From assembly GCF_009914755.1 (NCBI RefSeq), contig NC_060930.1: 64,000 bases of DNA; one strand, 5' to 3'. Positions 1 through 13,669 of the stretch are shown here, one piece after another; the stretch's first letter is position 1, and every line of letters starts with the position of its first letter. Origin of the DNA: the human T2T-CHM13v2.0 reference genome, Homo sapiens. The notes under the pieces were generated by a model. It saw only the letters and a list, made by a program, of their open reading frames with translations, had not been told where the DNA came from and did no database searches. Position numbers and translations under genes: made by a program.

Positions 1-75
1 CCTTTGTTTTATAATTGTAATCTACTTCACAGGGCTATTGTTGGGATTAATGAGATAACATAAGGCACACAGTAG

Positions 76-407
<332 letters not shown>

Positions 408-445
408 CCATTATTATTTTCATTCATAAAGAGTTTACAAGTAAA

Positions 446-763
446 CTGGGCATGGTGGCTCACACCTGTAATCCCGGCACTTTGGGAGGCCAACACAGGC
501 AGATTGCTTGAGCCCCGGGGTTGGAGACCAACCTGGGCAAAATGGCTAAACCTTGTCTCTGCAAAACAAACAAACAAAATCACAAAAATTCGCCAGGCAT
601 AGAGGCACATGCCTGTGGTCCCAGCTACCCAGGCAGCTGAGGTGCCCAGGAGGTCGAAGCTGCAGTAAGCTGAGATCATGCCACTGCGCTCCAGCCTGGT
701 AAACAGGGCAAGACCCTGTCTCAAAAAACAAAAATAAAAACAAAAACAAAAAAAAAGAAAAGA
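446..763 (+). mobile_element. Alu (AluJ-like)
   Basis: ctgggcatggtggctcacacctgtaatccc... followed by an A-rich tail. Confidence 0.95.
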
Positions 764-872
764 AGTCTACATGTGGATGTCTATACCTGCAGGCCTGTAT
801 TAGTCCTTAGGCTTGTATGGGGTAAGAGATCACTGAAAAATACACTCTCTCTGTGAATGCACTTGGAGAAAG

Positions 873-875
<3 letters not shown>

Positions 876-919
<44 letters not shown>
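876..919. repeat. (CA)n microsatellite
   Basis: About 22 AC units. Confidence 0.98.
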
Positions 920-921
<2 letters not shown>

Positions 922-3900
922 CTTTACAAAATTAAATACATCAGACAGCATTTGAGGCTGGATGAAGAGGTATAGACAGCTCATGCTGTAGGAGTTTAGG
1001 GGAGACTGCTGAGCAGAAGTGGTCTAAGAAGGCTTCATGTTTTAAGAGGCAAATCTTCACGGCTGGCACTGTATAGACCAGGATGAAGAAATGAGCAACC
1101 TGTGCTTGGGGCTGTCAGAAGACCTGGCTGGCTGGAGTGGGATGGATGTGTAAGGGGGCAGGGGAAAGAAGGGGCCACACACAATCATATTATGAATAAT
1201 AATGGGAATAGAAACTACCATTTGTTTGGTTCCTGCTATGCACAGGCCAGGTGCTCTTGCTACACCCTTTCCATATATTATCTCATTCAATCCTCACAAG
1301 AACCCTGTATAGGTATTATTAGCATGGGTTTTCAAGGAAACTCAGGTTTAGAGAGGTTGCATGACTTGCCCAGGGACAGATAGCTAGAAGTGGGGAGATC
1401 CACAATCTGAATGAACAAATTACACGCACAGACACTGTCACAGACAGGCACACACACACAGAGCCCAGGCGCGGCCAAGACAGTTGTCTGTTTCACCTCA
1501 TCTGTGGCCCCACTCTCCTTTAGTTGAGTTAGGTGCTAGTTCTTTCCTTTGAGGGGTCCAGTGTGAAAAAGTGACCCTACTCCTCACCCCAACTCTGTCT
1601 TAAATGTCCCTGCAGCTTTAGTCCCCAGGCAGGCTCCCAAGAGGGCGGGGCCTGGTGCAGTGTTTAAGGAGGTACTCACTCTCAGGGCCTGCGCTGCACC
1701 TGCACGACCCTTATAAGAGTGAGCAGCTCCTTACTCCTTACATTTGGTCCTCGCCTAGCTGCCTCGCTTGCCTCTCCCTAGTTCTGACCCTGGATGGGGC
1801 GAGGGTAGTGGTGCTTTGCAATGTGAGCCAAGAAGTCTCTTTCTCTTCCAAGGTCAGGCAGAGATTCCTGAGGCTGAAGCCATTGCTCTCCTTTCTGTAC
1901 TCAAATGAACAGTGTATTTCAGCATATTATCTGAATATTACTCAGATAATATTTCCACCACTCAAACCTACCCTTCTTCAGGGTCCTCCACAGTCCAGCC
2001 TACCTTTCTGTCCCTGAATCCTCCAAGCAGTCCCCGTCCCAGCCCTGGCTCATACCTCATACTTCTCTGCTCCTAGAGGGTGAGTCTGGATAGACAGCCT
2101 CCGGCGTGGTGCCCCCTCCTCAGGGACCAGGGGCCTGTGCAGAAAGCCTCCTGGGCATGCCCCAGAGGCTGGGAAGTCCAGCACTGCTCTCCCTCGCCCT
2201 CTAGAGGCTCGGGGTGGCACTAGGTGAGGTACCTGGGAGGGGTCCTGACTGAGGAGGGGGCCCTGGGCTTCCAGAGAATGTCTGGAGTGTGGCCACGGTT
2301 GGGCAACAGCTACATCTGAAGCCCACTGATGGAAGGTGCCCAGCAAGGTTGTTCTGTCGTCTCAGGCAGAAGGGGGTTCAAGGCCGCCCACCTCTGTCTG
2401 GGTGTTGCGGGTCTTCCCTCCTGTGGGCCAGAGAAGGGGCTCCCTAACCCGCACCCAGCCAGGCCAGTGGGACAGCCCCTCTCCAACTCCTACCTCCCTC
2501 TTGGGCAGCTTCGAGGAGCCTGGAGGCTGCCCCTGCCAGCCCTGGGGGACTGTGGCCCCGTTCTAGAGAGCCAGACATCCCTGAGGACCTTTAGGACAGG
2601 AGGGGAGGAAGTGTGAGGAGCTGTGTCCCAAGGTGGCTGTGATCGGGGTTGATGTAGGCAGAACCTGGGAGACGGTGGAAGAAATCTTCAACTCCTGGTA
2701 GGGAAGGACACATAGAAAAAGGTGAGGATGGCGGTGTGGAGACAGCCTGGGGGAGAGGCCAGAGTGGACAGAGGCTGTGGAATCACTTAACAAACCTTTC
2801 TGGGCTGGGAGACTCGGTGCTGGGGTGTGGGCCTCCAGAGGGGAGTAAGCAGGGCAGACCCACCCTTCCTCATAATACATATGCATAAGCTCATTTGCAT
2901 AACAACACACCTGCTCACCTGGCCCCCATCGAAGTAACTGGCCTTGCCTCAAATGGTCCATTATTTTTGACTAAAGTATGGGGAAAGGGGACCCATTCTC
3001 TTGCTCATCCTTTTCCTTATCTCCCAGATTCCTGGGTTTGGAAGAGAAGGAGGAGTAACTGTGGAATGAGTCACAGAATTATTCCACCTGCCCCAGGGCC
3101 AGGCCACGAGTAGAGCGAGGAGAGATGTCTCCCTAGAGCCTTACCTGCTGCCCCTGGGGAGGTCTGGGGCTTCCACCCAGAGGAAGAGCAGGGGTGGTCT
3201 GGGCAGCCCAGGAGTCTGGGGGAAGGAAGCAAGCACCCTTACTCCTCATGATCTCTGTCCTGTTACCCTCCCCAGTGCCTGGGGCCAGGGCTAGGTGTGT
3301 GTTATCTCACCTCAAACAGTGGCTCTGGGCTCCCCTGCCCAAGCTAATGTCATAGTGGAGGCCTCAGGCCCTGCACCAACATGGTTCCGTAGTCCCTGGA
3401 GTCAGGCTGGGGGAGCCCAGGGCTGAGGCTCCCTTTCATCCCCTCCCACCAGGAAAGGGTCTTTCTCGGTATTTCCCACAAACACTCATATCACCACTTG
3501 ACAGCCTTTTCATTCCATTCTCCCGCCTCTCTCAGCCCCACCACACCCCTGACACATTCCTTCCCCCACTTCAGCTCCTGGATCGCAGGCAGGGGCACCC
3601 TGCCTATCCCCTCTCCCAAAGCGGGTGCCTGGGAGCTGACATCTTGGCTCACCTTCTCCTCCTTTGTCTTCTCTTCCTTTCCCCCACTCCCCAGCATTTC
3701 ATCCAAGCCAGAAATGGGCCTAGAAGTCTGTAGAAAGACATCCCGCTGCTATCACTCCACAAATCCTCTAGAGAAGATGAGTTTGGTAGACCTCTGCTTA
3801 TCTGATTTAAATTCTTCTTGCTGTAATCTCAGCTGTTCTGGTTGGTGGCAATGGGCAAACTCAGGATGTTGGTCAGACAATGGACTGAAGAGTTTACTTT

Positions 3901-6900
3901 TCTCTGCTTCCCTGCCCAACTGTACTTGAGTAATCTTTATAGTATCTCTAAAAGATGGTCCTGGAATGGTGCTCCCTGGTCCTTCCCTGTCTCTTGCAGT
4001 CGGCCAGGACACAGGCGGGAGTATCCACAGCTCTCATTTTACAGCTTCCTTCCCGTTCCCTACAGCAATAGAGGGGGAGCCCTAACGGGGTTTTAGCAAT
4101 CAGTCCAGCCCCTTCAGTCTGGAAAGGAGGACACTGAGGCAGGGATGGGCGGTGCCTTGCTCCAGGCCACACAACAAGGCAGTGACAGTGGCTGCGTTTG
4201 AACCCAGGTGTCCTAACCTCCAGGACCCACACATGGCAATCTGAGGAACTGCTCGGGGAGCAGAGTGCTTAATGACAGGGCTTCAGGGACACTATTTGTC
4301 AGAGGGGCTTTCAAGGTAACTCCTGTGGTGGTGTTGGGAGGGGGTGCTCAGCCGATGCCTAGTCTCTCTGTAGCCTTGGTGGGGAGGCCACTGTGACCCA
4401 GGTCAGCTTGCCTGGAACAGCTGGGTTTCTGGAAACACTTCTCTCTTCTCTATGGGGCCCTGTCGTGGGTGGTGGTGGTAGACGGGGTTTGTTTGTGTGT
4501 GTGTATGTGTGGTTTAGTAGTCCCTGCAGCCTTCAGCCTGGAAAGCTGAGGAGGCATGGAGAGGCAGGGGGTTGGTGGATGAGTGACGGGAGGGAAATGC
4601 AGTGGGGGAGGAGATGCCACCGCAGGGCTACGGTCAGAGTTGGTGAAGGGCAGATTCACCGTGCCTCCCTCTGTCCTCCTTAAGACCTCTGGTCATGCCA
4701 GGGTCTTATGGAGGGGGCTTGGTGCTCCGCACTGTATTTGTTGCTCTCTCTGGAGTTGCTGTACCAACTCTCCTGGCATCCCGACAGGCAGGAGTATGTC
4801 CCATAGCCACAGAAATGCCCTTTTTGCAGGTTCTTCCTAGTTCTTGGAGGGCTAGAAGGAACTGAGGGGATGTGAAGAGCATCTTTCCTCCTAGCTTGTT
4901 CCCCACTGCCCAGGCTTGCTCCCCGACAGTGAATGGGAAGTGGGGAGCAGTCACCTTCCCAGGGGGCTCCAGAAAGCTGAGGACAGAGTAGCTAAGCTCA
5001 CAGAGGAGCACTTAGTCAATGGGACTGACCCAGGAGGGCCCCGGGACAATGGGGCTAGGCAGAAAGGAGCAAGAAAGAAGGAGGCAAGGAGGGATGGAGA
5101 CATCTGAGGAAAGACAGAGAAGGAAGGGAAAAGGAAATGCTCTGTTCACCCATAACTGTCCATGATCTGGACACTTGGGGTTGGAATTCCACCCCAGAGC
5201 TGGGGCTTGCCTTGTCTACCATGTTTTCAACAGTGTCTAGGTCCCATGAGTCCACCGCCTCAGGCCTGGCCTCTGGAATTGAAGGCCTGGTGAGGTACCT
5301 GCTATGTTGGGTGTGGGCTACACTTATGCATGAAGATTAGTGGGGAGTCCTGGCCTGGCCTTTCCAAGAGAGGAGGAGGTAGGGAGGCGTGCAGACCAGG
5401 GACCCAGACAGGCCTCATTCTCAGCAGGGAGCTGCACATTCCAGCCTAGAGTCAAGAGCGGACTGGGGCAGGGCAGACATTCACCTGGTGTACCCCAGCA
5501 CGCCTCCTGATTGATTGGTAAATAGCTGTTGTTCCAGTCCTTGAGTTCCCCCTGTGCCTCTCTGGCCACCCCAGTCCCTTACTTGGTCCCCTGGACCTCT
5601 CCACCATCCAGAAATTGAGGTTTATGTCTGGCTTGGCATACGCCGTCAGCTCTATGTGAACTGTGCCTGAGCCATAGCAGGTGTTAAATGTTTTGGCCAT
5701 CATCCTGAGCTCCGCAGGGGCCTTGTGCCCCACAGCTGGAGCTGACTGCGACCAGGTCCTGGAACTTGGAGAAGCTGGCAGCAGGCACAGCAGCTCTGAG
5801 CATGCCCTGCCTCACTTCTCCTGATGCTTCCAGCTGTGTTCTGGAAGGAGATGGGTCTGGATAAGCAGGCTGGCATGCAGGGAGATGTAGGCGGGACCAT
5901 CTCTCCAGGAGACCCCAGTAGGGAATGGTTTAGCTGTGGCCTCTGCAGGGCACTGCCTGGAGTAAGGGAGTGCTGAGCCCCTCTAGGGAAGGAGGAGCAA
6001 ACAACAGATCCCTGGGTCAGCTGCTGACACACTCCTATGCACGCGGCATCTAGTTCTAGCACCTCCTCTCTGGCACTGCCTGGCTCCCCACCCAGCCAGT
6101 CAGCTCTTAGAGGCAGAAGCCCAGTGTATCCCAAAGGTGCCTGGCTCAGTGCTGGGCCCCGATTAAATGATGAAGTGGCCTGGGGAGGTAGAAAGAGCCC
6201 CAGGCTGTGAGTTGAGTGATCTGGGTTGAGGTCTTGACTCTATGCAGCGCTCCGGCTTTGGACAACTCTGGGCTTCCTTCTGCTCCTCTGGCCAGTAAGC
6301 TTCTTTAGCAGTGGAAACTTTTCCTCAAATGAAATTCCAAGTGAGGGGCCAATAAATGAAGCAGATAAAACTGCATGTACTGTGTTTGCCCACTCCCACA
6401 CCTTCCTGCTACCTGTCCCATCTCTGAGGACCCTCAAGACTCCTAGGAGCACAGTCTGATGTTCTCCTGACATGGATATCCTCTGACTAATTGCCTGCTT
6501 CCCTGAATATCTCGAGGCTATTGGGCCAGGCTGATCCTGGAAGCTGAGGGGAGGCCTCCCCACTCCTCATGCCCTGTACTTCTGGGTCTGGGAAAGCAGG
6601 GAGTATGGTGGGACTTTGAATCCAAAGTCCCTGTACTTTCCACTGCCCTACCTAGATGTCCCTGTACCTCCTGTAAAATCAGCATAGAGCCTGGTGCCTG
6701 GTAGTCCCTACAAATATTCACAAATTGGAGCTTAGCTCAGCTCTCAGGGGGCCAATCAGGGGGCCAATCATTAACTGGCTTTATCTTTGTGAACCATCCT
6801 GGGGGGCCCAGGTCATCGCCCCAGCTTCCAGCCCAGGCCCAGGGGGCTGCTGGGGGAAGGGGCCCTTCTTGCTGGGAGGTAGGGGGCGCCTTGGGTCCCT

Positions 6901-7224
6901 GCCTCTTTTTTTTCCTGGGACTTCCCCGAAGGAACTCACATTGCAGTCAACTCAGTGACAACCTAGTTACATAGTTGCTTCAAATAAAGACTAAAGCAGG
7001 ATCCAAGCCAACAGATCCCCCAACCCCTAGTCATCTTTGGCACGCATTATGTAATTTCTTGCTTTTCTTTTTTTTTAACCAGGGGTGGGGTAAACCCATT
7101 TCCCTATTTGTTTCTGTTTTACTTTAGCCAGATGATAGTGGGTTTGCATTCTCTAAGAGTTTGCTCACGAATGGGGGTGGGAACAGGAGACAGGGAAGGG
7201 AAAAACATTTATATGATACCTACT

Positions 7225-7415
7225 CTGGGCAAGGAGCTTAGCTGATGTTTGCTGTTTCCATATATTTCCCTACAACCCTGGGAGGTAAGAACCATGAACC
7301 TCATTTTACAGATGAGGAAACTGAGGCTCAGACAAGATAAGTGAATTGTCCAAGTCTCAAAGCTTGGAAGTGTTGAACCAAGATCAAACCCAGCCTGTCT
7401 GGCTTTTTCCATTAC
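7225..7415. mobile_element. MIR SINE (further MIR relics near 1200-1400, 9365-9520, 20330-20530, 22150-22310, 33340-33500, 36240-36400, 38060-38240, 50650-50870, 53260-53490)
   Basis: Core cattttacagatgaggaaactgaggctcaga. Confidence 0.85.
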
Positions 7416-7874
7416 TCGCTATGGGGGTGGTGGGGTGGAGAAAGGGGAGTGGGTGGGTGGCTGAGGCTTTTCACAGTGAGGGTTCATCAAGCTGGTGTCT
7501 TTCCTGAAAGGACAGAGGTCTGGCATCTCAGGTAACAGAGGAAGCGGTTCCCTACCTGCTGGGATTTGAGGGGTTCATAAGAACTGCTTCTCCCTTCCAT
7601 CACTTGGTGCTGAGCCCCAGATTTCACCACTAGTGCTAGATTTCTTTGAGTTAAGCACTGCCCTCTCCAAGAGGCTTTTAAAACACACAGGCCCTGGAAG
7701 ATGTGACATTTGGTATCAGTCATCTCATCTGGAGTGTTTGAGGGAGATGTTACAGGCTCACAGAGCCTCAGAGCTTAGGGAGTGGAACCTCATGCTTTAC
7801 CCAGGAGAAGCCTGAGGTCCAGCAAGGGGAGCTGACTCGGCCAAGGTCACACAGCATGCAACAGACTCTGGAAA

Positions 7875-8162
7875 TTTTTTTTTTTTTTTAGACGGAGTCT
7901 CGCTTTGTCGCCCAGGCTGGAGTGCAGTGGTGCCATCTTGGCTTACTTGCCTCCTGGGTTTAAGTGATTCTCCTGCCTCAGCCTCCCAAGTAGTTGGTAC
8001 TATAGGCATGCACAACCACGCCTGGCTAACTTTTGTATTTTTAGTAGAGACAGGGTTTCACCATGTTGGCCAGGCTGATCTTGAACTCCTGACCTCAGGT
8101 GATCTGCCCATCTCGGCCTCCCAAAGTGCTGAGATTACAGACGTGAGCCACCACACCCAGCC
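7875..8162 (-). mobile_element. Alu (AluS-like, small internal deletion)
   Basis: PolyT plus reverse consensus; TSD-like agactc(t/a)gga. Confidence 0.95.
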
Positions 8163-8708
8163 AGACTCAGGACTTTTTTGCCCAGTGCTGTTTCGAAGTC
8201 GCCACATGCCTGTGACAGGTAGACAGGAGGGCTCTGGGTACCAGGTAATGAAGTGAGGGATTAAAGCTGGAGGAAATGTATCTTTCTGCTTTATGCCTTG
8301 GCCCAGCTGAGTGGCCCTGTGCTCGTCACAGGCTGGTGTCCTCTGCTCTCCTCCCCTCACTCCTGGGGCAAGCAACAGTGGTGTTCCATGTGTGAGCTGG
8401 ACCTACCACTAGTGTTGGCTTGTTTAAATTCTCTGACAGAGACAAACTGTCCCGGGGGGCGGGGAAGGCAGTGTGGAGCTCACCCCCTGAGGGAGCAGCA
8501 TTGTCTCTGTGGGCTTTGGCTGGGAATGTTTCTGAAGACGCCCTAATCCCTTGCCCTGCCTAGCCTCAAAGTCTCTATCACTCAGAGGAGTACTGGGAGG
8601 GCTCAGTGTGAGCCATCAGAACCTTCCAGGGTATCTTCCCTTGCTTGTTCTCTTTGCGCAGTCCACTTGGTTTGCTAAACTCCTGCTCTTCCATCAAGAC
8701 CCAACTCA

Positions 8709-9012
<304 letters not shown>

Positions 9013-12000
9013 AGACCCAACTCAAGTATCATCTCCAGGAAGCCTTCCCCTACTCCCAGCAATTAAATGCTCCTCAGAGAATTCCCATTTTTGGTTTACT
9101 CTTTGGTTTACCTCCAGACAGGAAGCCCCCACTGACACTGTTGTAGTCCCAGGGTGCAACACAAAGCAGAGATCACAAGCTGAGTTTAATAATTGCTTGT
9201 GGAATACATGTCCCAAGCCACCTCCTGCAGGAAGCCCTTCCAGATGCCCATTCTAGCCAGTCTGGCTCTTTGCTTCCATACCTTCACAACACTTGTGCCT
9301 CCCCCAGGGCCTCTTTCTCATCTTGCTTTCTGGGGCAGCTGTGTGCACATTTGTCTGTGTGCAGCAACTCTCTAAGGCAGGGATTTTTACTCCTATTTTT
9401 GATGAGGGGAGCTGTGGCTCAGAGAGGTTGAATAACCTAAGGCCACACAGTGAGTGGCAGAGCCAGGAATGTGACTTGGGTCCATTTGAATCCAAAGTCC
9501 CTGTACTTTCCACTGCCCTACCTAGATGTCCCTGTACCTCCTATAAAATCAGCATGGAGCCTGGTGCCTGGTAGTCCCTACAAATATTCACAAATTGGAG
9601 CTTAGCTCAGCTCTCAGGCAAGGCCCAGGTCAAAAGGGCAGATACAGCTTTGGGACCTTAGTTGCCACCACATGCCATACCTTCTTCCCAGCAGAAGGAC
9701 TCCCTCCAAGACAGGGTAGGGGTGGAGGATGTGAACAGGGGCAGAAATGGGCATGTTTTGGGGTCAGACTTGGAGGAATAGCAGAGATTGGAGTGTCAGA
9801 AGGTGAGCATGCCTGGGGGTGTTGGGGAGATGCAATTCATCAGGGACAGCTTAGTGTCAGGGGATTAGACTGGGGCCCATGAAGGAGAGGCAGAGGCTGA
9901 TGGGCCTAGGGGTGGTGTGGGTAGGTGAGCTTCCCCAGACAGTGACTCTGCCCTGCCCTCTCTCCAGCTAGGTCCTCTTCCCCATTCCTTCCCCCTTTCC
10001 TGACTGGATCCTCTTGGGAGAGTTACCCTCCTTGGCTTCCTCTGCTCCAATCTTTTTATCAGTTGGCCATCATTACTTATCATTACCTCAAGTCAAACCT
10101 CCAGATCCACATGGGGCTAGGACATTGGCACTGGACCAAAGAGGCCCTTTCCTTTGCTTTCTCTTTGTCTTTTTAATGCTTTGTTGCAAAGACCTAGGCG
10201 GGGAGAGAGAGAGAGAGAGAGAGACAGAGATTGACCCACAGTCAGGGTCAGGGAATTGAGGGGAACCAACCCAATTCTCTCTCCTTCAATTCACCAGGTT
10301 TGTATCCTGCCCTTCCTGCAGATCAGTGTCCTGCTAGTCACCTGGGGGTCAGGGGATGGAGTGAAGGACAAGACCTCCTTCCATTGCAGTGAAGCCACTT
10401 GGAGAAATGTGTGGAAAACAGCAAGACCCAGTGACTCTCTCCTCACCTTCTTTCCAATCTCAGGAGAGATTTTGTCCCTTCATCCACCGGCTTCTAGATT
10501 AACCACCCACACCCACACAGGCGAGAGTTTCCCTGAATATTGGAGGTGACAGGACATCAGGACAAAGTACAACTATTGTGCCTTGGCCCAATCACTACTT
10601 TCTTTGTCTGGGGCCGCCGCTGGCTCCTGGCTGCCTTTCGCACTTTTCTCCACCCCCACCCCTTTCTCCCCTTCCCCCTCACCTGGAACACCTTCCCCTT
10701 CCTCCTTGGCTCCTTCTGAACTGCCTTCAGAGCCACAGACTGTGGGGAGTGGCCACTGCGCTCCCAAGGTGAGGCCCTCCAAGCGGGGCCGAGTTTGCCC
10801 CTCAACTGGGAGCCAGCATGACCTCTGTGTGGGCTGCTCTCTGCTTCACTGCCCCTTCCCCCAATCTGCTAGGTGACCCTGGGCCCCTTTGTGCCCTCTC
10901 TGGGCCTTCGGAGGATTCTTTGGGGAGACAGTCTGCTCTGACGCCCCTTCCCCTGCAGCAAGCAGCCTGGGGAGGGAGGTGAGGATAAGTGAAGTCAAGT
11001 TGTTCAGGGGGCTAAGCCCATGGAAGGGAAGATGCCACAGAGATACATGTGGTCTTGTGATTGTTGTTTTGTGCTTTTTCCCCTTTTTTGAAAGCTCAGG
11101 TGACTAGGTGACTTGAGCTTTTAATTTGGTGACAATGTGGGCACTGGCTGAGTCCTTAAGAGTACATTGTTGTAAATGCCGGTGACAACACACTGGGGCA
11201 TGGGATCCAGAGTTAACCCCTCCAGGTCACAGCCAGGTTATATCTCCACAATGAAGGGGGGAGGTGGGCCATACTTTCTCGCCCTAATGAAGGTAGCTCA
11301 AAAACCCCTAGGCCAGGTTGTAATCCTAGCCTTATATAAAAGGAATTCTGTGCCCTCACTCCCCTGGATCCCTGGGCAAAGCCCCAGAGGGAAACACAAA
11401 CAGGTTGTTGTAACACACCTTGCTGGGTACCACCATGGAGGACAGTTGGCTTATGGGGGTGGGGGGTGCCTGGGGCCACGGAGTGACTGGTGATGGCTAT
11501 CCCTCCTTGGAACCCCTCCAGCCTCCTCTTAGCTTCAGATTTGTTTATTTGTTTTTTACTAAGACCTGCTCTTTCAGGTCTGTTGGCTCTTTTAGGGGCT
11601 GAAGAAGGCCGAGTTGAGAAGGGATGCAAGGGAGGGGGCCAGAATGAGCCCTTAGGGCTCAGAGCCTCCATCCTGCCCCAAGATGTCTACAGCTTGTGCT
11701 CCTGGGGTGCTAGAGGCGCACAAGGAGGAAAGTTAGTGGCTTCCCTTCCATATCCCGTTCATCAGCCTAGAGCATGGAGCCCAGGTGAGGAGGCCTGCCT
11801 GGGAGGGGGCCCTGAGCCAGGAAATAAACATTTACTAACTGTACAAAGACCTTGTCCCTGCTGCTGGGGAGCCTGCCAAGTGGTGGAGACAGGACTAGTG
11901 CACGAATGATGGAAAGGGAGGGTTGGGGTGGGTGGGAGCCAGCCCTTTTCCTCATAAGGGCCTTAGGACACCATACCGATGGAACTGGGGGTACTGGGGA

Positions 12001-12178
12001 GGTAACCTAGCACCTCCACCAAACCACAGCAACATGTGCTGAGGATGGGGCTGACTAGGTAAGCTCCCTGGAGCGTTTTGGTTAAATTGAGGGAAATTGC
12101 TGCATTCCCATTCTCAGTCCATGCCTCCACAGAGGCTATGCCAGCTGTAGGCCAGACCCTGGCAAGATCTGGGTGGAT

Positions 12179-12191
12179 AATCAGACTGACT
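12179..12191 (+). promoter_or_regulatory. Variant estrogen response element
   Basis: AATCAgacTGACT, an imperfect palindrome about 1.5 kb upstream. Confidence 0.6.
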
Positions 12192-12746
12192 GGTCCCACT
12201 CTTCCCACAGGCCTCAGAGCCCCAACTTTGTTCCCTGGGGCAGCCTGGAAATAGCCAGGTCAGAAACCAGCTAGGAATTTTTCCAAGCTGCTTCCTATAT
12301 GCAAGAATGGGATGGGGCCTTTGGGAGCACTTAGGGAAGATGTGGAGAGTTGGAGGAAAAGGGGGCTTGGAGGTAAGGGAGGGGACTGGGGGAAGGATAG
12401 GGGAGAAGCTGTGAGCCTGGAGAAGTAGCCAAGGGATCCTGAGGGAATGGGGGAGCTGAGACGAAACCCCCATTTCTATTCAGAAGATGAGCTATGAGTC
12501 TGGGCTTGGGCTGATAGAAGCCTTGGCCCCTGGCCTGGTGGGAGCTCTGGGCAGCTGGCCTACAGACGTTCCTTAGTGCTGGCGGGTAGGTTTGAATCAT
12601 CACGCAGGCCCTGGCCTCCACCCGCCCCCACCAGCCCCCTGGCCTCAGTTCCCTGGCAACATCTGGGGTTGGGGGGGCAGCAGGAACAAGGGCCTCTGTC
12701 TGCCCAGCTGCCTCCCCCTTTGGGTTTTGCCAGACTCCACAGTGCA

Positions 12747-12791
12747 TACGTGGGCTCCAACAGGTCCTCTTCCCTCCCAGTCACTGACTAA
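12747..12791 (+). promoter_or_regulatory. Hypoxia response element: HIF site TACGTGGG, ancillary CAGGT, AP-1-like TGACTAA
   Basis: TACGTG at 12747-12752 (-975 from the TSS, the established VEGFA HRE position); CAGGT at 12761; TGACTAA at 12785-12791. Confidence 0.95.
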
Positions 12792-12873
12792 CCCCGGAAC
12801 CACACAGCTTCCCGTTCTCAGCTCCACAAACTTGGTGCCAAATTCTTCTTCCCTGGGAAGCATCCCTGGACAC

Positions 12874-12881
12874 TTCCCAAA
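12874..12881 (+). promoter_or_regulatory. Reported STAT3 site (-848)
   Basis: TTCCCAAA at -848 from the TSS. Confidence 0.65.
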
Positions 12882-13140
12882 GGACCCCAGTCACTCCAGC
12901 CTGTTGGCTGCCGCTCACTTTGATGTCTGCAGGCCAGATGAGGGCTCCAGATGGCACATTGTCAGAGGGACACACTGTGGCCCCTGTGCCCAGCCCTGGG
13001 CTCTCTGTACATGAAGCAACTCCAGTCCCAAATATGTAGCTGTTTGGGAGGTCAGAAATAGGGGGTCCAGGAGCAAACTCCCCCCACCCCCTTTCCAAAG
13101 CCCATTCCCTCTTTAGCCAGAGCCGGGGTGTGCAGACGGC

Positions 13141-13159
13141 AGTCACTAGGGGGCGCTCG
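13141..13159 (+). promoter_or_regulatory. CTCF motif between the HRE and the TSS
   Basis: AGTCACTAGGGGGCGCTCG matches the CTCF core CCASYAGRKGGCGC. Confidence 0.8.
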
Positions 13160-13635
13160 GCCACCACAGGGAAGCTGGGTGAATGGAGCGAGCAGCGTCT
13201 TCGAGAGTGAGGACGTGTGTGTCTGTGTGGGTGAGTGAGTGTGTGCGTGTGGGGTTGAGGGCGTTGGAGCGGGGAGAAGGCCAGGGGTCACTCCAGGATT
13301 CCAATAGATCTGTGTGTCCCTCTCCCCACCCGTCCCTGTCCGGCTCTCCGCCTTCCCCTGCCCCCTTCAATATTCCTAGCAAAGAGGGAACGGCTCTCAG
13401 GCCCTGTCCGCACGTAACCTCACTTTCCTGCTCCCTCCTCGCCAATGCCCCGCGGGCGCGTGTCTCTGGACAGAGTTTCCGGGGGCGGATGGGTAATTTT
13501 CAGGCTGTGAACCTTGGTGGGGGTCGAGCTTCCCCTTCATTGCGGCGGGCTGCGGGCCAGGCTTCACTGAGCGTCCGCAGAGCCCGGGCCCGAGCCGCGT
13601 GTGGAAGGGCTGAGGCTCGCCTGTCCCCGCCCCCC

Positions 13636-13669
13636 GGGGCGGGCCGGGGGCGGGGTCCCGGCGGGGCGG
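13636..13669 (+). promoter_or_regulatory. Proximal promoter GC boxes (Sp1/Egr-1) and G-quadruplex/i-motif tract
   Basis: GGGGCGGGCCGGGGGCGGGGTCCCGGCGGGGCGG at about -86..-53; no canonical TATA box. Confidence 0.92.
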
